Assembly: GCF_009914755.1 (NCBI RefSeq)
Contig: NC_060947.1
Origin: the human T2T-CHM13v2.0 reference genome, Homo sapiens
DNA: 64,000 bases
Strand: one strand, 5' to 3'
Of the stretch, positions 55,377 to 64,000 are shown piece after piece. Position 1 is the stretch's first letter, and each line of letters opens with the position of its first letter. The notes beneath the pieces were generated by a model. That model made no database searches. It was not told where the DNA came from and saw nothing but the letters and a program-made list of their open reading frames with translations. A program made the translations under genes and the position numbers.

Positions 55377-58300
55377 CAATGTGTGTATTTATTGGTGAAG
55401 TGTGTTTCTTGTAGGCAACAGATCGCTGGGTCTTGTTTTTAATCCATTCAGCCACACTGTCTTTTGATTGAAGAGTTTAGTCCATTTATATTCAACATTA
55501 TTATTGATAAGTAAGGACTTACTCCTCCCATTTTGTTATTTTTTGTTTCTTGTAGTCTTCTCTTTTTTCCTTTTTACCTTCCCATTTTCCTTTTTGTGAA
55601 GGTGACTTTTTCTGGTGATATGATTTAGTTTCTTGCTTTTTATTTTTTGCGAATCTGTTGGATTTTTTGATGTGAGATTACCATGAGGCTTGCAAATAAC
55701 ATCTTATAGCCTATTGTTTTAAACTGATGACACCTAGCATGTATTGTGAAAGCAAACTAACAAGGAGAAAAGTAATAAAAACTCTATACTTTCAGTCCAC
55801 CCTCCAATGCTTCTTAACTTTTTGTTGTTTCTCTTTATGTCTTATTATACTCTCTCTGTCTTGAAAAGTTGTATTTATTATTTCTATATGTTAACCATCT
55901 ATTCTTTCCACTCAAGGCATGAGTAGTTTACACACCACACTTACAACATTATAATAATCTCTGTTTGTATGTGCACTTACTATTATCAGTGAGTTTTGTA
56001 CCTTTAGATGATTTCCTATTGCTTGTTAATGTCCTCTTATTTCAGACTCAAAAATTCTCTTTAGCATTTCTTGTAGGATAGTTCTGGTGTTGATTAAATC
56101 CCTCAGTTTTTGTTTGTGTGGAAATGTCTTTACTTCTCCTTCATGTTTGAAGGATATCATTACTGAATATAGTATTCTAGGATAATTTTTTTCCTTGAGC
56201 ACTTTAAATATGTCATGCCACTCTTTCTTGGCCTGTAAGTTTTCCACTGAGAAGTCTGCTGTCAGATGTAATGGAGCTCCTTTGTATGTTATTTGTTTCT
56301 TTTCTCTTACTGCTTTTAGGATCTTTTATCCTTGATTTGTGGGAGTTTCAGGTAGTCTTCTTTGGGTTAAATCTGCGTGGTGTTCTATAACCCTCTTGTA
56401 CTTGTATATTGACATCTTTTTCTAGACTTGGGAAGTTCGCTAATATTATCCCTTTGAATAATTTTCTAACTCTATCTCTCTTTCTACCACCTCTTTAAGT
56501 CCAATAACCCTTAAATTTGCCTTTTTGAGTCCATTCTGTACATCTTGCAGGCATACTTCTTTCTTTCTTCTTTCTTTCTTTTTCTCCTCTGTGTATTTTC
56601 AACTAGTTTGTCTTCAAGCTCACTATTTTTTTCTTCTGCTTGATCAATTCTGCTATTTAAAAACTCTGATGCATCTTCAGTATGTCAATTAAATTTTTCA
56701 TCTTCAGAATTTCTGCTTGATTATTTCTAATTATTTCAATCTCTTTGTTAAATTTATCTGATAGAATTCTGAACTTCTTCTCTGTGTTATCCTGCATTTT
56801 GTTGAGCAAAGCAGCTATTCTGAATTATCTTTCTGAAATGTCACATATCTCTGTCACTGCAGGATTGGTCACTGGTGCCTTATTTTGTTTCTTTGGCAAG
56901 GTAATGTTCTCCTGGATGATTGCAATGCTTGTGGATGTTCATCAATGTCTTGGCATTAAAGAGATGGATACTTATTGTAGTCCTTGCAGTCTGGGCTTGT
57001 TTGTACCCATTCTTCTTGGGAAGACTTTCCAAGTATTCAAAAGGAATTGAGTGTTATGATCTAAATCTTTGGTCACTGCAGCCATATGTGCATTAGGGAG
57101 CACATCAAACCCATTAATGTGGTTACTCTTGCAGACTCAGAGGTACCACCTTGGTGGTCTTGAGTAAGACCTAGAAGAATTCCCTGGATTACCAGGCAGA
57201 GACCCTTGCTCCCTTCCCTTACTTTCACTCAAAAAATGGAGCCCCTCATTCCATGCTGAGCTGCCTGTAGCTGGGAGAGAGAGGACTAAATCACCCCTGT
57301 GGCCACCACCACTGGGACTGCACTGGGTCAGACTTGAAGCCAGCACAGCCCTGGGTCTTGCCCAAAGCCCAAAGGCTGAAATTTCAGTAAGCTTGTAGTG
57401 GATGCTGCCAGACTCAGGTCTCTACATTCAGGGCAGCAGGCCTTCCTCTGGCCCAGGGAAGTTCCAGAAATGGAAGCCAAGTGTCAAAGCCTGGAATCGG
57501 GGACCACGAGAGCCTGCTTTGTGCTTTAAGCCCCTGTGGCCAAGCTGGTACCTAAGCTGCAAGACAAAGTCTCTTTTACTCTTCCCTCTCCTTTTCTCAA
57601 GTAGAAGGAGTTTCTCATGCCCACCATATCTGGGAATGCACTGGTCACATCTGAAGTGAACAAGGCCCTGGGTTTCACCCAAGGCCTGAAGCCCATGGTA
57701 AGTATTTCCTGGGTACCACTGATGTTTACTCAAGGCATAAGGACTGTTTAGTCAGTAAATGATTAATCCTGTCAGGACCAGGTCCTTCTCTTCAAGGAAA
57801 TGAGTTTCCTTCTGGCCCAGGGTGTATCTAACAATGTCATCCAGGAGCTAGGGCCTGGAATGGGGGCCTAAGGACTCTCCCTGGTGCCCTACTCTACTGT
57901 GGCTGAGCTGATATCCAAGTTATAAGACAATATCCTCTTTACTCTTCCCTCTCCTCTCCTCAAGCCAAAAGAGGGATTCCCTCCTAGAGCTGGGAGCTGC
58001 ACTGCCTGGGATTGGGGGAGTAGTGATGCAAGCATTCCTTTGGCCACCCTGGCAGTTGTCTCATTGTGTCATGTGCACCCCAAATCCACTGGCTCCAAGC
58101 CCAGCACAGCACCAGAACTTGATCAAGACTTGCAGTCCTTGTAGCCTAGACTGCCTTTCAAGTTTATTTAGGACCCCAGAGTGCTTTAGGCCTCAGTGGT
58201 GGGGCTAGCCAGAACTCAAATTCCAATTGCTGGGATGGGTGATTCCCCTCTGGTAGGGCTGAACTAAATGCTCGCTCCATTGGTACTGGCTGAATTCTTC

Positions 58301-58648
58301 TCTGTGTTGCTTTCTGCTGTGATAGAGCAACACTGATGTCCAATGTAAAGTCCCACAATCACTGTGCTTTCCCTCTCTCAAGCACAGAGATTCTCTCTCA
58401 GTGCCACATAGCCACTGCTGGAGGATCAGGGAAGAGTGGTGTCAGCAGTTCAAGACTGTTTTTCCTACCCTTTTCAGTGCCTCTTTACTTGATGTGATGT
58501 TAAAATCAAGTACTGTGCTCACTCACCTGATTTTTTTGTTCTTATGAAAGTGTTTCTTGTGTGGATAGTTGTTCAATTTGGTGTTCCCTCAGGGGAAATG
58601 ACCATTAGAGGCTTCTGGTTGGCCATCTTGCTCCATCTTCTCCCATGA

Positions 58649-59572
<924 letters not shown>

Positions 59573-60009
59573 AATCCCCACCATTACTTACTTTGTCCTA
59601 TGATGATACTGAAGGCCCTGGGTTTCTGATTTGATACTGCCAAAGAGGAGGACAGGGGGGAGATTATGGGAGACAGCACAGAAGAAACTACTTAAACCAC
59701 ATTTTTTGTCAAAGGCCAGATATGCTATAGCACTGGGAGTTTGGGGGAAACTCTTATAAGGGCATTGGCATCAATGCCCTTTGCTCTACCCTCTCCTTAT
59801 AGAGGGAACCCTCCCCTTTATGTGACATGTCTTGGGGATGAAACATCTCAGAGTTTAGGAGATCTTTCTCTCATACTCAGTAGTATCAGAACAAGGCCAT
59901 AATATGTTTCAGTATTTATCAATTACCTCTCAGTCACTTTTCACTCTTTGAAGCACTTACACATACATTTTTATTTAAGTTTCAAATATTAGATATAATG
60001 GGCAGTCAC

Positions 60010-60210
60010 TCTCCTGAGCACTTAACATGAATTACATAATTTAATCCTCATTAAAATTTCATGAGGTAGGCACTATAATCCCCATTATACAAATGTGCAC
60101 AGCAATACACAAAGAAGTTAACAAATTGCCCAAAGCCAGACAGCTAGTAAATAGTGAAGCTAATGGTCATACTCAAATTTGCTTGACTCTAGAGTCAGTG
60201 CTGTTGAACA
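60010..60210 (-). mobile_element. MIR
   Basis: TTTAATCCTCA...ATGAGGTAGGCACTATAATCCCCATT...CAGCTAGTAAATAG. Confidence 0.75.
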
Positions 60211-60269
60211 AGTTATATATATATATATATACGCAAACACATACATATAATTTTATATATATATTAGTG

Positions 60270-60535
60270 TATTTATACTTTTTAACCTGCTTTTTCACTC
60301 AATAAATATTTTAGAATCTTTTGATGTCAGTAAATGTAACTTTACATTACCATTTTAAATGCACTTTACTGTTCCATTATAAGGCTGTACTAAAATTTAT
60401 TCAATCTCTTATTGATAGAAATTTTTCTTATGCCTATTTTTTTACAATTTAAATGGTATTGTGATGAAAACCTTGTACATACATACATTTTCATGCATGG
60501 GTGCACTGTTGACTCAGAATAAATTCTCAGAAGCT
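60270..60535 (-). mobile_element. L1ME3/4-like 3' fragment
   Basis: CCTGCTTTTTCACTCAA...TTCCATT...CCTTGTACATACAT...ATAAATTCTCAGAAG. Confidence 0.6.
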
Positions 60536-60537
60536 CT

Positions 60538-61990
60538 GTGCCACTTTTGGGATGTGACAAGAGTGACCTGAAAAAGGCCTTTAAGAAAGGCTTCAAGGAA
60601 ACCTCTTTAGGGACAGAGCTAAACCAATGGCTTCATAAAGCCAAACACAAATTCCCAAAAGCAGATACGTTTAATGGAGAGTACACAGGAAAAGAAAAAA
60701 AGCAAAGTAGCAAATATCAAAGAATGAATAAAAGGAAGGTGTAAACAGACAGTCAAGGAGATAAGTGAAAAAGAGTATGCTAAGGCAAAACTAAAGTCAG
60801 GACTTACTAACATCTGAGAATGGCTGAGTAAGAGAGAATGTTTGCTAATGGTGTCCTTTGTAGTCAAATTGAACAGATTGACAATACAAAAGAAGAAATT
60901 TGGATTATGGTACTCTTTCTAGAATTGTTTTAGGAGCAAAGAAAAAAGAGAGGCCATGGTCTTTTGTTGAGGTACCAATCAAAGGAAAAAGATACAGCTG
61001 ATAGAGAAGCTGACATGACAGCTCCAGAAGTGAGCATCAAGATGCAGTTGTTGAAGAAGAGAGGTGCTCCCAGCCCTGCTAGCCTCACTGCTGAGTTCAA
61101 CAGACTCTGGACGACAGCAGCTTCAGCAAAGCTCTGAAGGCTGCTGTTTTCAGTGGCACCTGGAAGAAAAGGGAAATGGTCTTCAAGGGTGACACACTGA
61201 ATCTAATTGCAGAAGGTGCTGAGGCTGGCAAACTGCATACTCCACAAGGTGCTACAACCAGCAATAAAGGGATAGGCATTACTTAAGTGACAAGTACTAG
61301 GATTTCTCTAAAATTCTTTAAATGTCAAAGGCTGTGAAATGTGTCTAGATCAAACTTTGGTATATGATTTTCTTCTCAAAATCTTGCAGAGAAATAAAAT
61401 GCCAGACATACTGATGAAGCTGAAGAAGGTAACACGTAGCAGTGGGTGGGTAAGGAAAGAAATTGAAGTGATAGAGGAGCAACGAAAGACTACCCTTATA
61501 TGTGGTCTGCTATGCCTCCTTATGGACACTGATATCATGTTTAGGAGAAGCAAAGTGTAAAAATGAAGAGGAAATGGTTGATATGTGGCCAGTTACACAG
61601 TTTTCAGATAAAATCATGCTGGCAGTATGCACAGAAAGCCAGAAAAGCTGGAATAGACAAAGTGAAGAGTTACAATTCCAGAAGCCAACAGGATATATGT
61701 TAGTAGCAAAATTCTGTAAGTTGTGAAAATTCTTGACATCTACTTTATAGGGAAATAAGATACAGGAAGAATTTGAGAAATAAAATAAATCTCAGCAGAA
61801 ATTAAAATAAGTTTGGAGAGTTTGGAAGTTATTAGAACAGAGGGTAAGACTGAGCAAGCAGTTTTAGTCATCCTGATAGGAGCCATTGGGGTAGCTGTCT
61901 GGAATAGTAAGTCTAACATTCAGGAAGCTCACGTTTCAGTACCTGGAAGATGACAAGCTGGACTTGATCAGGGTGGAGTCATTAGAAGAG
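60538..61990 (+). mobile_element. Very ancient Tx1-like (L1-group) non-LTR retrotransposon ORF2/RT fossil
   Basis: Colinear decayed motifs across frameshifts: LNQW, GEYT, KKRGAPSPASLTAEFNRLW, KGD, LDQ..YDFLLKIL, QFSDKIML, VKILDIYF, KLTFQYL. Confidence 0.6.
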
Positions 61991-61994
61991 CTAA

Positions 61995-62222
61995 TGTAGT
62001 CCAGAAAAAAGAATTAGGTTTATGTATCAGACAGACCTCAGCTTGCATCTCAGCTCCAAAATATATTAGGTATATGGCCTAAGACACATTATCTCATCTC
62101 TCTGAGCTTTGTTTCTACATTTATAAAATGAGGGTGATAATGGTATCTACCACAGAACTATTGTGAGGAACTGATGAAATAATATATGAGTTTCTGGAAT
62201 ACAAAAAGTGCTCAATAAATAT
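61995..62222 (+). mobile_element. MIR
   Basis: TCAGACAGACC...TCTCTGAGCTTTGTTTCTACATTTATAAAATGAGGGTGATAAT...GTGCTCAATAAAT. Confidence 0.8.
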
Positions 62223-62242
62223 AGAGCTATCAGAAAAAAATA

Positions 62243-64000
62243 ATCAGTGAGAAAATAAGTGTTTACTTTTCCATTCCCGAGTCACTTCACTTAGAATAAT
62301 AGTCTCCAATCTCATCCAGGTCACTGCAAATGCTGTTAATTCATTGTTTTATGGCTGCATAGTACTCCATTGCATATATACCACAGTTTCTTTATCCACT
62401 CTTTGATTGATGGGCATTTGGATTGGTTCCAAGATTTTGCAATTGTGAATTGTGCTGCTATAAACAAGCATGTGCAAGTGTCTTTTTCGAATAATGACTT
62501 CTTTTCCACTGGGTAGATATCCAGTAGTGAGATTGCTGGATCAAATGTTAGTTCTACCTTTAGCTCTACAAGGAATCTCTACACTGTTTTCTAAAGCGGC
62601 CATACTAGCTTACATTCCCACCAGCAGTGTAGAAGTGTTCCCTGTTCACCACATCCACACCAACATTTACTGATTATTTATTTTTTTATTATGACCATTG
62701 TTGCAGGAGTGAGGCGGTATCACACTGTGGTTTTGATTTGCATTTCCCTGATAATTAGTGATGTTGAGCATTTTTTCATATGTTTGTTGGCCATTTGTAT
62801 ATCTTCTTTTAAGAATTGTCTATTCTTGTCCTTAGCCCACTTTTTGATGGGATCGTTTTTTTCTTACTGATTTGTTTGAGTTAATTGTAGATTCTGGATA
62901 TTAGTCCTTTGGCAAATGTATAGATTGTGCAGATATTCTCCCACTCTGTGGATTGTCTGTTTACTCTTCTGACTGTTCCTTTTGCCATGCAAAAGCTCTT
63001 TAGTTTAATTAGGTCCCAGCAATTTATCTTTGTTTTTAACGCATTTGCTTTTGGGTTATTGGTCATGAAATCCTTGCCTAAGCCAATGTCTAGAAGGGTT
63101 TTTCCAATGTTATTTTCTAGAAGTTTTATAGTTTCAGGTTTTAAATTTAAGTCCTTAATCCATCTTGAGTTGATTTTTGTATAAGATTAGAGATGAGGAC
63201 CCAGTTTCATTCTCCTACAAGCGGCTAGCCAATTATCCTAGCATGATTTGTTGAAAAGGGTGTCCTTTCCCCACTTTATGTTTTTGTTTGCTTTGTTGAA
63301 GATCAGCTGGCTGTGAGTATTTGGGTTTATTTCTGGGTTCTCTATTCTGATCTGTTGGTCTGTGTGCTTATTTTTGTACCAGTACCACACTGTTTTGGTG
63401 ACTATGGCCTTATAGTATAGTTTGCAATCAGGTAGTGTGATGCCTCCAGATTTGTTCTTTTTGCTTAGCCTTGTTTTGGCTATGTGGGCTCTTTTATTGT
63501 TCCATATAAATTTTAGAATTGTTTTCTCTAATTCTGTGAACAATGATGGTGGTATTTTGATAGGGATTGCATTGAATTTGTAGACTGCTTTTGGCAGTAT
63601 GAACATTTTCACAATATTGATTCTACCCATCCATGAGCATGGGATGTGTTTCCATTTGTTTCTGTTTTCTATGATTTCCTTCAGCAGTGTTTTAATTTTC
63701 CTTGTACAGGTCTTTTGACTTTTTGTTTATGTATATTCCTAAGTATTTTAATTTTTGCAGCTATTGTAAAAAGGGTTGATTTATTGATTTGATTTTCTGC
63801 TTGGTTGTTATTGGTATATAGAAGAGCTACTGATTTGTGTACATTAATCTTGTATCCGGAGACTTTGCTGAACTCTCTTATCAGTTCTAGGAACTTTCTG
63901 GAGGAGTCCTTAGGGTTTTCAAGGTAAACTACCATATTGTCAGAAAACAGTGACAGTTTGACTTCCTCTTTACTGATTTGGATTCCCTTTATTTCTTTCT
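62243..64000 (-). mobile_element. L1PB1-like LINE-1 ORF2 3' half, lacking the 3' UTR; runs past the window end
   Basis: Colinear with 35020-36780; ORF2 fragments GRINIVKM...[10 protein letters not shown] and VYLENPKDS. Confidence 0.9.

Noticed and set aside
59758-59781. Perfect 10-bp hairpin AAGGGCATTG-GCAT-CAATGCCCTT
   Set aside because: One stem of this size is not unexpected by chance in 64 kb, and it is too short for a pre-miRNA
61550-61990. Initially read as antisense L2
   Set aside because: No L2 diagnostic sequence found; the + strand translation instead continues the Tx1-like RT motif order

Overview
AT-rich, repeat-dense human genomic DNA (intronic or intergenic). The species call rests on a human-specific AluYb8 at 53613-53929. 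I recognise no host protein-coding exon, RNA gene or CRISPR array. The ORF-track entries I can assign to a known protein are decayed LINE fragments; the rest look like chance frames, many inside Alu/LTR repeats. Roughly 40% of the window is L1: a full-length dead L1PA4 (+, 25.4-31.55 kb), a near full-length L1PB (-, 34.8-40.7 kb), a three-level nested L1MA/L1MA3/Alu stack (51.0-59.6 kb) with an internal inversion, and a 3'-truncated L1PB running off the window end. There are also Alus, MaLR LTRs, L2, L3/CR1, MIR and DNA-transposon fossils. The least expected signal is at about 60.54-61.99 kb: a heavily decayed, frameshifted + strand reading frame whose motifs are colinear with a Tx1-clade non-LTR ORF2 reverse transcriptase, with possible endonuclease remnants upstream on both sides of the nested L1 stack. 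I see no evidence of a new functional system. All family calls come from remembered consensus sequences compared by eye, and boundaries of old repeats are approximate.
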